A stretch of DNA of 59,729 bases, taken from the IMG/VR virus record IMGVR_UViG_3300042485_001429, positions 1 through 59,729 of that record. One strand, 5' to 3'. This stretch comes from a virus. Lineage: Duplodnaviria; Caudoviricetes. Position 1 is the stretch's first letter. Each line of letters begins with the position of its first letter. This document shows positions 37,678 through 45,615 of this stretch, in pieces. Under the pieces are notes generated by a model, which had not been told where the DNA came from, did not search any database, and saw only the letters and a list, made by a program, of their open reading frames with translations. The position numbers were made by a program, and so were the translations under genes.

Positions 37678-37788
37678 TTATTTCCATCCCCTTACTTTCA
37701 TTCGGGATGTTTTGATTAATACTTTGTTTAAGAAGTAGCCGATTATTTCATAGCCGTTCTCGATTCTGATGATTCTACTTTCAATCAT
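37678..37788 (-). CDS. First early ORF (36 aa)
   Basis: MIESRIIRIENGYE..., preceded by AAAACCTAGAACCC. Confidence 0.5.
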   Translation of the reverse strand: MIESRIIRIENGYEIIGYFLNKVLIKTSRMKVRGWK

Positions 37789-37812
37789 GGGTTCTAGGTT
37801 TTATTGGTTCGT

Positions 37813-38248
37813 GGTGCAGTATGTATCGCTCATATTAATTAGTCACTCTAACTGCACCTTATTGTTGTTACTTGCACCACATTTATATAGATGGAATCGA
37901 ACCACCACAAGTAGGTTATTATTTGTTTTTTTTGCCTCAAGCCTTTGGTTATGCTATTTAGCGATAGTGTTACGCACTACCTCTGTCTATTTTCGGTGTC
38001 TAACCTCCTGCTTGACCGCAGTCCCGATACTAATACCCTCGAGGGGGGAGTGACCTGTTGTAATATGGATTGCCGATTCCATTTTCAATCTATTAAGTAA
38101 GCAATCATGTTCGTTCTGAGTAGACTAATATTCCGTGCCCTTAATACTTTCATCTAGTCTATGTCATAATGACTGCTAGAACTAAGAGTCTTGTTGTTCA
38201 TCCCCATGTGTGTCGCTTGTTAATCAATCAAGGCTCGTTTGCCTCTCT
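37813..38248 (-). ncRNA. Candidate structured ncRNA / long 5' leader
   Basis: No credible minus-strand ORF; many nested inverted repeats plus a GGTTCGATTCC T-loop hairpin. Confidence 0.45.
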
Positions 38249-38254
38249 AAATAC

Positions 38255-38283
38255 TATAACGCAAGACTATTTAAAATGTTACA
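38255..38283 (-). promoter_or_regulatory. ECF-sigma-type promoter for the early arm
   Basis: TGTAAC-N16-CGTTATA on the minus strand. Confidence 0.55.
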
Positions 38284-38499
38284 ATAAAGTTGCATTTTTT
38301 TTCATTTTTTTTCATTTTCTTTAGATAAACCCACCAATATATGCTCGTAAAGTATTGATTGATTGATAGTTAATTAGTTTATTTTTTTTTCATTAAATTA
38401 TTAATATTTGTTGTTTTTTATGTTGGATTGGGTCAGCCTCCTCAGTCAGGAAGTCTAGCTGTCAAAATTTCCGTGCAGATTTTCGGGTCAGATGATCAG

Positions 38500-38741
38500 C
38501 CGACCGACCGACCGATTTGCTATTCTATTTAACATAATGTAAATTATACAGCAGATAGATTTGGTAGCTGATTAATATATATTGCTGTCGGCTGATGTGT
38601 CGTGTAGCTGACGTGCCGACCTATCGCACAATAGGTAGCTAAGGCGGTAGGGGGTAGCAATAGGTAGCTAGGGTGTGAGGGGGGTTGCCTATGAAAAGCT
38701 AGAATATCCTAACCAAAAATCCCAAATGCAGACCCCCCCCC
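38500..38741. repeat. GC-rich repeat cluster (candidate terminus/packaging region)
   Basis: (CCGA)4 38500-38515; CAATAGGTAGCTA at 38629 and 38658; G-runs; C9 at 38733-38741. Confidence 0.6.
38527..38554 (-). other. dif-like XerC/XerD recombination site
   Basis: Minus strand CTGCTGTATAA-TTTACA-TTATGTTAAAT; XerD arm identical to E. coli dif, 11-6-11 geometry. Confidence 0.8.
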
Positions 38742-38817
38742 TTGATTTTTAAATCGTTTTCCTTTTGGTCAGCTCATCGTCAAACGTATATATTACCCAC
38801 AAGTTCTAAATATTTAG

Positions 38818-38825
38818 TATATTTG
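38818..38825 (+). promoter_or_regulatory. Bacteroidota -7 promoter (TTAGTATATTTGCA class)
   Basis: The same 14-mer recurs around 39516, 40531 and 51373. Confidence 0.7.
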
Positions 38826-38851
38826 CAATATAATATAAAAAGCAAAAAGTT

Positions 38852-39247
38852 ATGAACTACGGAAAAAGAACAACAAACACAACAACACACCGTGACACAC
38901 CACTTTCTAGTACTCCAGAGCCTAAAATTACTATGTTTAAGGATCTACCTGAGGTTACTGTTAGGGCTAATGCTAAACCATTATCATTAAAGACTGTTTC
39001 TCCTGCACAATCTGCAAATGAATTAACTTGGCGGAAGAGAATGTATGAATCAAGTATTCCAAGGGGCATGCAGCAGGCTAAGAAAAAGAAAAAATGGTTG
39101 ACTGGGGATAATGCTCTATTAGGTGCAGGATTAGGCTTTACCGCAGGCGTGGCTGGAGCGATAATAGATGGTGAAATAAAGAACAGAAAATGGAAAAAAC
39201 AACACCCCCCAAGAGATTGGACCAATTTTGATCCTTTCCAGCCATAA
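38852..39247 (+). CDS. Basic protein with RTT leader and Gly-rich hydrophobic segment
   Basis: MNYGKRTTNTTT; LPEVTVRA; ALLGAGLGFTAGVAGAII. Confidence 0.6.
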   Translation: MNYGKRTTNTTTHRDTPLSSTPEPKITMFKDLPEVTVRANAKPLSLKTVSPAQSANELTWRKRMYESSIPRGMQQAKKKKKWLTGDNALLGAGLGFTAGVAGAIIDGEIKNRKWKKQHPPRDWTNFDPFQP

Positions 39248-39272
39248 ACATAATAATAAAATTTTTTAGACA

Positions 39273-39515
39273 ATGAATAATAATCGTTTAACTCGAAATA
39301 CAACAGGTAAGCCATTAGACAAGCAGAACTATAGCTCAATACCATTTAAAAACAAAGACATTGATCGCTTTAAAAAAGTAATGGTCAACTGGCCTGATAA
39401 CATCTCAAACCCTAAAAACGCAGAGTTCGTTAACGAGGTAGCATTTAATAATGGAATTAATGTTAATAAGGTTACTCAAAAAATGTTTAATGATAGATAT
39501 CTTAAAAAAGATTAG
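39273..39515 (+). CDS. Small basic protein
   Basis: Shares Y.SIPFKNKDID with the 40236 ORF. Confidence 0.6.
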   Translation: MNNNRLTRNTTGKPLDKQNYSSIPFKNKDIDRFKKVMVNWPDNISNPKNAEFVNEVAFNNGINVNKVTQKMFNDRYLKKD

Positions 39516-39523
39516 TATATTTG
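39516..39523 (+). promoter_or_regulatory. Bacteroidota -7 promoter element
   Basis: TATATTTG within TTAGTATATTTGCA. Confidence 0.7.
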
Positions 39524-39552
39524 CAGTGTATATATAAACAAAAAAAAACAAA

Positions 39553-40167
39553 ATGGCAACTAGAACAACAACAAAAACAACAAAGCCTACCCCAAATGCA
39601 AACAAGGTTAGTGTCAACACAAACAAGGTTAAGGTCAACACAAATAAGGTAGACATAAACGCTGCAAAAGTTAGAGCTAATGCTGCAAAAGTAGCGGCTA
39701 ACGCTGCAAAAGTTAAAGCTAATGCTAAAGCAGCAGCAGTAGTTACTCCAGCTAAGATTACTAAAACAACAGTAGTTACCCCTAAAAAGTTGGCTCCTAA
39801 AGTGACTCCTGTAAAAGCAAAAGCGGATACTATGCCAGTTAGAAATACTACTGCTAAAGATTATGAAATAATGACTAAGGCAAATCTGGACCGTAGGGGG
39901 CCCCTGTATGTTGGCAGTGGTCAATATGGAACTATGGCACAACGAGACTCATCTATAAATTCCATAAGTAAATTTAATACTGGAGCGAAACTAGGTTCTC
40001 GTAAAGTCACTCAATCCTCTTACTTTCCAGGTGACGAGAGACTAGCAAAAGCAGCTAAACAAAGTAAGCTTAAATATGTTCCACCAAAAAATACAAACTC
40101 TGGACCGTTACGAAATAGACCTCAAACAAAAACATCACAGGAGGAGCTATATAAGAGGTATCAATAA
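39553..40167 (+). CDS. Lys/Ala-rich basic (histone-like) protein with RTT leader
   Basis: Heptad repeats NTNKVxV and NAAKVxA. Confidence 0.65.
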   Translation: MATRTTTKTTKPTPNANKVSVNTNKVKVNTNKVDINAAKVRANAAKVAANAAKVKANAKAAAVVTPAKITKTTVVTPKKLAPKVTPVKAKADTMPVRNTTAKDYEIMTKANLDRRGPLYVGSGQYGTMAQRDSSINSISKFNTGAKLGSRKVTQSSYFPGDERLAKAAKQSKLKYVPPKNTNSGPLRNRPQTKTSQEELYKRYQ

Positions 40168-40235
40168 AACTAATGAGCATACTATTTGAAAATAAAAATG
40201 GTAGATGCGTTCGTCAATAATATATATAAAACAAA

Positions 40236-40523
40236 ATGAGAACAACAAACACAACAACAAAACCAACATTAGGAGTTGCCCGTGACGCAAACCCTGTAAA
40301 AAAGAAGCCAGAACGAGCAAATGCTAAGGGGATGACGGATTATAATTCTATACCATTTAAAAATAAGGACATTGATGTTCTTGGCAGAATGTCCGACATT
40401 GATATGTCACAGCCACCAAGAAGTAAAAAAGCTGATAGGCTTGCTAAAAAACTTGCAAATCCTAACACTTCACTTGATAAGTGGAAAAAAGTAATGATTA
40501 AATACAATAAAGAAACAGAATAA
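40236..40523 (+). CDS. Small basic protein with RTT leader
   Basis: MRTTNTTTKPT; YNSIPFKNKDID. Confidence 0.65.
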   Translation: MRTTNTTTKPTLGVARDANPVKKKPERANAKGMTDYNSIPFKNKDIDVLGRMSDIDMSQPPRSKKADRLAKKLANPNTSLDKWKKVMIKYNKETE

Positions 40524-40530
40524 TAATTAG

Positions 40531-40538
40531 TATATTTG
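40531..40538 (+). promoter_or_regulatory. Bacteroidota -7 promoter element
   Basis: TATATTTG; ATG at 40543. Confidence 0.7.
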
Positions 40539-40542
40539 CATC

Positions 40543-40677
40543 ATGAGTATACTATTTGAAAACAGAATCTGGTACGGCATCAATTTAGGGTTTGAGTTAT
40601 TCTGCCCAGACGATTTTTTTGACGAGTACCAATTAGAAATAAACATCCTTATAATAAAGATAACGGTGTTGTGGTAA
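40543..40677 (+). CDS. Small hydrophobic beta-rich protein (44 aa)
   Basis: MSILFENRIWYGINLGFELF...INILIIKITVLW*. Confidence 0.6.
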   Translation: MSILFENRIWYGINLGFELFCPDDFFDEYQLEINILIIKITVLW

Positions 40678-40711
40678 TGTCCACACACCGTTAATATTAA
40701 AATTAAATTAA

Positions 40712-42280
40712 ATGATAGTAAAAGAGATTCACTTTGGCGATGACGGCCAAAAAAAACTAAAGTCTGGCATAAAAAAGATTGCTGGAGCGGTCAAGAGCAC
40801 GATGGGTGCAAGAGGCAGGACGGTACTAATAGAGTCCGAGAATCACATTGGCGGTATAACTGTCACAAAGGACGGTGTAACGGTCGCTAGGTCGATCAAT
40901 CTTTACGATCCCACTGAAAATTTAGCTGTAATGATGATGCGACAGGCAGCTGATCGCACTGCTGTTGTTGCTGGAGACGGAACCACAACGGCAATTGTGT
41001 TGGCAGAGTCTATAATTGACAACGCTGACAATATTATCGACAGTGCCGACAATATTACGGAGGTGATACGTGAGATATCTGAGATAACGACTAAAATTTG
41101 CTCAAGGTTGAGCAAGATGTCCAAGAAATTAAGTGGAAAGAAGCTACTTGATGTTGCCACCATCTCTGCAAATAACGACAGGGAGGTTGGAAAGATGATA
41201 TCTGACACATTTGGCAAGGTAAACGTTGTTACTGTCGAGAACAGTCAGACTCCAAGCACACACGTAGAGATAATCAGTGGAATGAAGATCGATCGGGGGT
41301 TCTCTTCTAAGTACTTCATCACTGATCAAAAGAAGCAGGAGTGTGTACTTGACAATCCTTACGTATTAATCACGGACCACGAGATATCCAACATACTAAA
41401 CATAGAGAAGGTTATCGCTCATGTTATATCATCTAATAAGTCGTTACTAATTATAGGTCAGCTTAGTGCATCTGCACTAAACACGTTAAACTTGAACGTT
41501 GCACAGGGCAAGATAAAGGCCTGCAACATAATACCTCCATCGTTTGGATACAGGAGCAAGGACCTGTTGTTTGACTTGTCTGTCTCGTTGGGTGGAACAT
41601 ACTTCTCTGAGGACACTGGTGACGATCTATCTGTTATTGAGGTTGAGGACCTTGGTCGTGCTTCTAGGGTTATTGTCAACAAGGACATGACCTTATTTAT
41701 GCCGTTACCAGCTATGGCTGATGCGATAGACAAGAACATTCAGGTGTTAAAGGAATCAATTGCTGAGACTACAGACGTTAACGAGGTAAACTTTATCAAT
41801 GAGAGAATCGCAAACATGTCTGGTGGAATTGGCATCATATATGTTGGTGCACTAAGCGACATTGAGCAAAAAGAAAAGAAGGACCGTATTGACGATGCTG
41901 TGTGTGCCGTAAAAGCTGCACTAGAGGACGGAATACTTCCTGGTGGTGGAATCGCATTGATAGATGCATTTGACCTTGAGTTTCCAGATGTAAGTACAAC
42001 TGCTGAAAAGATAATGTTAAACGCTGTTGCGTCTCCATTCAAGCAGATAGTATTAAACTCTGGCAAGAATCCTGAATTAATTTTATCTGAAATGCCAATC
42101 GGTAGAAATATCGGGTATGACGTGAAGAACGAGTGCTACGGTGACATGATCGGTATGGGCATTATTGACCCAACGAAGGTGACAAGAAATGCATTGATGA
42201 ATGCTGTGTCTGTTGCAACCACAATAATGAGTACTGACGCAATAATAACAAACATAAGAGACTATGAAGGTTCTAAATAG
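40712..42280 (+). CDS. groEL: Chaperonin GroEL
   Basis: VTKDGVTVA, AGDGTTTA, GILPGGG, GIIDPTKV. Confidence 0.95.
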   Translation: MIVKEIHFGDDGQKKLKSGIKKIAGAVKSTMGARGRTVLIESENHIGGITVTKDGVTVARSINLYDPTENLAVMMMRQAADRTAVVAGDGTTTAIVLAESIIDNADNIIDSADNITEVIREISEITTKICSRLSKMSKKLSGKKLLDVATISANNDREVGKMISDTFGKVNVVTVENSQTPSTHVEIISGMKIDRGFSSKYFITDQKKQECVLDNPYVLITDHEISNILNIEKVIAHVISSNKSLLIIGQLSASALNTLNLNVAQGKIKACNIIPPSFGYRSKDLLFDLSVSLGGTYFSEDTGDDLSVIEVEDLGRASRVIVNKDMTLFMPLPAMADAIDKNIQVLKESIAETTDVNEVNFINERIANMSGGIGIIYVGALSDIEQKEKKDRIDDAVCAVKAALEDGILPGGGIALIDAFDLEFPDVSTTAEKIMLNAVASPFKQIVLNSGKNPELILSEMPIGRNIGYDVKNECYGDMIGMGIIDPTKVTRNALMNAVSVATTIMSTDAIITNIRDYEGSK

Positions 42281-42521
42281 ATTTATATTAATAGAGAGGG
42301 TATTCGAGCAGAGAGAGTCCAAGAGTGGATTAATACTCAGCGGTGACGACTCAAAGGACATGCGTTACCACAAGGCAACAGTCATAGAGACTGGTGTTAA
42401 TATAGATGGAATATCTAGTGGTGACGTTATACTATTTGACAAGGTATCTGGTCACGATGTGCTTATAGGCGACCAAAGGATGTCGGTGATTCAGGAGAAG
42501 GACGTTGTTTGCGTTCTTTAA
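42264..42521 (+). CDS. groES: Co-chaperonin GroES
   Basis: KSGLIL mobile loop, GDVILFDK, IQEKDVV; overlaps the groEL end. Confidence 0.9.
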   Translation: MKVLNRFILIERVFEQRESKSGLILSGDDSKDMRYHKATVIETGVNIDGISSGDVILFDKVSGHDVLIGDQRMSVIQEKDVVCVL

Positions 42522-42978
42522 GTTTATTGTTAAATCTTTTGACGGCTATAGCCACTGTTTTTTGTGAAAAGGTGGCTGTCTGATTATAGATCCGTAGGTT
42601 TGTCTCAGGGAACATGTCTATACCGAGCAGCTTTTTATGCATCCCAGACACCATCTTTTTAGCCATTGGGGAAAGCTCGAATAGTTCAGCCTCACCAAAT
42701 CCCTTTGTCCTCCACTTTGATATGAATCCATATCTATACAGCCTGTTGAATCTATCCTTGTCCCATGGCATGAAGTTGGCGTACTCTCTAAATGTAGTTC
42801 TGTTGAATAGGTGTTCACCATATAGGTAGAGTATCATCTCAAGGTCGTTGACCTTTTTTATGTCGTACTCGTACATTGTAAACTTACGAACCAGCCCCCA
42901 ATTCTTAAGGAAGTCATGCTTAACCTCTGACCTAACTACGATTTCTTTTTTTTGTTTTCTTATTCTTCTTTGAATCAT
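42463..42978 (-). CDS. Putative winged-helix DNA-binding protein, oriented against the late arm
   Basis: 171 aa; LEMILYL, FNRLYRYGFI, LFELSPMAK wHTH-like pattern. Confidence 0.55.
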   Translation of the reverse strand: MIQRRIRKQKKEIVVRSEVKHDFLKNWGLVRKFTMYEYDIKKVNDLEMILYLYGEHLFNRTTFREYANFMPWDKDRFNRLYRYGFISKWRTKGFGEAELFELSPMAKKMVSGMHKKLLGIDMFPETNLRIYNQTATFSQKTVAIAVKRFNNKLKERKQRPSPESPTSFGRL

Positions 42979-42984
42979 TTTGAT

Positions 42985-43011
42985 TATATTTGCATTATAA
43001 TATCAAAGATA
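42985..43011. promoter_or_regulatory. Overlapping oppositely oriented -7 promoters
   Basis: TATATTTG (+) 42985-42992 and TATCTTTG (-) 43011-43004. Confidence 0.6.
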
Positions 43012-43019
43012 ATAAAAAA

Positions 43020-43490
43020 ATGAGAAAAAACGGAGAGTCAAAAGGATTTTCTCAAGAAGAGAAAGACGCAATGCCAATGAAAAATGCGGCTATTGATAAA
43101 TTAAATTCTCTTCTTAGGCAACAAAAAATAGAGTCAGGCTACAAAAAAGTAAATGACGATGAGTTAATGAATCCATATGCAGAAGGATTATCAGGAAGAG
43201 CAGTGAACCTTGAGAACCGTATAATTAACTTAGAAGAAAAAGACAATATGCCAATGAAGAATTCGGCTATTGATATATTTAACAAGAAGCGTTACGGTAT
43301 TTCTAGAGAATTTGACGGACAGGAAGTACCTGGTACACTAACTGTTAGACCTACTATTTCTGGTGGTACTGTTGAGACTGAGAGGTTTAATATGCCTGGA
43401 GGCGGAACAAGTATGTCAAGAACTAGAATGAACGATAAGGGGCAACCTGTTAGAAGAGTTGTAAAAGATAAAAAAATCAATAAAAAGTGA
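43020..43490 (+). CDS. Basic protein with internal duplication
   Basis: EEKD(A/N)MPMKN(A/S)AID occurs twice. Confidence 0.6.
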   Translation: MRKNGESKGFSQEEKDAMPMKNAAIDKLNSLLRQQKIESGYKKVNDDELMNPYAEGLSGRAVNLENRIINLEEKDNMPMKNSAIDIFNKKRYGISREFDGQEVPGTLTVRPTISGGTVETERFNMPGGGTSMSRTRMNDKGQPVRRVVKDKKINKK

Positions 43491-44059
43491 AAGACCCTCG
43501 ATTAGAGCGAGCTGGAGATTTAATAGGTAGTTTTATCTTAAAATCTACAGAGCTTGTAGGTAAGAATAAGGTATGGGATTGTTTTTGTATTTGTGGAAAT
43601 GTAAAAAGATTTTGGAAATTTTCAGCTATAAGTAGACAAAAAACATGTGGTTGTGGTACAGATTCATCTGGTCTTTCATCAAAACAAGCAAGATCAATGA
43701 AATCAAGAATGCAAGGTTATAAGAATGGAGCTAAAAAAAGAAATTTTGAATGGTTATTATCTTATGATGATTTTGTTAATATAAGTACTAAACCTTGTTT
43801 TTATTGTGGTTCAAATCCTAATAAATGGGATTGTATGACAAATGCTCCTTCATTACAAAAAGATAGTCCAAATGTTAATCCAAAAGATTATGTGATATAT
43901 TTTACAGGAGTAGATAGATATAATAATCAATTGGGTTATACTATTGAAAATTCATTACCTTGTTGTAAAAACTGTAATAGATCTAAAAGTGATTTATCTT
44001 TTGATGATTTTAAAGAACATATTAAAAAAGTATATAAATGGCTATACCACCAAGAATAA
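43487..44059 (+). mobile_element. Free-standing HNH-type homing endonuclease
   Basis: WDCFCICGN, TCGC, CFYCG, GVDRYNNQLGY..EN..PCCKNCN..K; AT-rich. Confidence 0.8.
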
Positions 44060-44352
44060 AAACAACAATTGAGAGATTAAATTTAGAGGGTATTAATAAA
44101 CCAAAAAAAACACCTTCGCATCCAACTAAAAGTCATGTAGTTATGGCTAAAGATGGTGACTCTTATAAACTTTTACGTTTTGGTCAGCAGGGAGTAAAGA
44201 CCAATCAGACGGCTGGTCAGCGTGAGGCGTTTAAGAGCCGTCATGCAAAGAACATATCTAAGGGAAAGATGAGTGCTGCATATTGGGCAGACAAGGTTAA
44301 GTGGTCACCAAGTGACACAAAGAGCCCTAGCAAAAAATGGATTAAGGGATGA
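44038..44352 (+). CDS. Conserved small basic phage protein
   Basis: NKPKKTPSHPTKSHVV, RFGQQG, FKSRH, SAAYWADKVKW. Confidence 0.75.
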   Translation: MAIPPRIKTTIERLNLEGINKPKKTPSHPTKSHVVMAKDGDSYKLLRFGQQGVKTNQTAGQREAFKSRHAKNISKGKMSAAYWADKVKWSPSDTKSPSKKWIKG

Positions 44353-44915
44353 TAAACATAGTTGATAATTTCTTAGATGATTTAACGTATATATCAACTT
44401 ACAATAAGTTATTAGATAATGATTTTGAGGAGGTAGTTGTTGGAGACAAAAGTTTTTGGGTACAGTTTAGCACTCCAGAGTTTGACAAGACTGTCCTTGA
44501 CAAAGTTAGTTCGATAGAGGGTGTAGAAAGAAAGTCTGTACTCAGTTTTTTTAGGGTGGCTACAGATGAGTTAGATACCGACTGGAGAATACACGCTGAC
44601 TCTATAATAAATGGTGAGAGACCAACCAGGGCACTTGTTTTAAATATTTCACAAAGCAAAATGACTGGACTACACGGCACCGCATTTTGGAGCCACAGAG
44701 AGTATGGTGATAGCCTACACGATGGGGTATCGTTTGAAGATTTTGACGGAATGCTTTTAAATCACTCAAATGATTTGTCTAAGTGGGAATTACAGTCTGT
44801 CGTTGGATATAAGATTAATAGAGCAGTGTGTTACCCATGCAATTACTTCCACAGCAAGTACCCGAATATCGGATGGGCAGCTGGAAGAATGGTTTATGTA
44901 ATGTTTTATAAATAA
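44349..44915 (+). CDS. 2OG-Fe(II) oxygenase-like protein
   Basis: IVDNFL, IHAD, GTAFW, NRAV.Y...YFHS, R...V.F. Confidence 0.75.
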   Translation: MINIVDNFLDDLTYISTYNKLLDNDFEEVVVGDKSFWVQFSTPEFDKTVLDKVSSIEGVERKSVLSFFRVATDELDTDWRIHADSIINGERPTRALVLNISQSKMTGLHGTAFWSHREYGDSLHDGVSFEDFDGMLLNHSNDLSKWELQSVVGYKINRAVCYPCNYFHSKYPNIGWAAGRMVYVMFYK

Positions 44916-44922
44916 ATAATAT

Positions 44923-45135
44923 ATGTTAATACTAAAAAACAAGGGACTTGGTGACACGATTGCATCAATAACAAAGGCAACGGGAATAGACAAACTAGTC
45001 GGAGAAGACTGTGGTTGTAAGCAGCGACAGCAGAAATTAAATAATCCAGATTTACTAATAAACAAAATATTTTATGGGACAAAGCAAAACATCGAAGTAC
45101 TACGAGAAGAACCCGAAGGCAGCGGAGAAGCATAG
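44923..45135 (+). CDS. Conserved small phage protein
   Basis: KGLGDTIASITKATGI...DCGCKQRQQKLN. Confidence 0.7.
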   Translation: MLILKNKGLGDTIASITKATGIDKLVGEDCGCKQRQQKLNNPDLLINKIFYGTKQNIEVLREEPEGSGEA

Positions 45136-45334
45136 GGAGTACCAGAGAGAACTAAACAAGAAGGAAGAGCAGATTAAGTACCGATCAGAACACGTGAAGG
45201 AGCGTAGGAAGCTTGGTATTGACGGAAAGGGCGGTCCTGATGTAAGTAAGAAAAAAAATGGTACCTTTGTAAAGGAAAGCCCATCGATAAACAGAGCTCG
45301 AAATGGGGCAAATGGAAAAAGTACTAAAAAATAA
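45074..45334 (+). CDS. Small basic protein (degenerate HNH-like)
   Basis: GKGGPDVS...ESPSINRARNG. Confidence 0.6.
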   Translation: MGQSKTSKYYEKNPKAAEKHREYQRELNKKEEQIKYRSEHVKERRKLGIDGKGGPDVSKKKNGTFVKESPSINRARNGANGKSTKK

Positions 45335-45340
45335 ATAGAC

Positions 45341-45613
45341 ATGGCAAATTTAAAATTACAAACTAGTGTAGCAGCGGCCGTTACACCAAGCAATACGGTA
45401 AACATACCATACCCTGGAGACAATACTGCATCACCAGATACTTCAGCGTGGCCTTGTGTCCTTTATGTAGGTGGGGCAGGAAATTTAACCGTTCTTACTG
45501 CTGGCGGTAATACCGTTACATTGGTTGGCGTTGCGGCAGGAACTTTTATTCCTATTCAGGTTGTTAGAGTTTTAACAAGTACAACAGCTACAAATATTTT
45601 AGCTCTTTGGTAA
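45341..45613 (+). CDS. Head spike-base/decoration-like protein
   Basis: AAAVTPS...LYVGGAGNL.V...GVAAGTFIPIQVVRV...ATNILAL resembles the RcGTA Rcc01079-type spike base. Confidence 0.6.
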   Translation: MANLKLQTSVAAAVTPSNTVNIPYPGDNTASPDTSAWPCVLYVGGAGNLTVLTAGGNTVTLVGVAAGTFIPIQVVRVLTSTTATNILALW

Positions 45614-45615
45614 TA

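Noticed and set aside
37869-37913. tRNA gene suggested by the GGTTCGATTCC T-loop
   Set aside because: No acceptor, D or anticodon arms could be built; only an isolated T-loop hairpin
37769-38053. 94-aa plus-strand ORF in the control region
   Set aside because: Opposes the early arm, lacks a promoter and overlaps the hairpin-rich region
38857-39942. Minus-strand ORFs opposite the RTT-tag genes
   Set aside because: Shadows of low-complexity plus-strand genes; promoters support the plus strand
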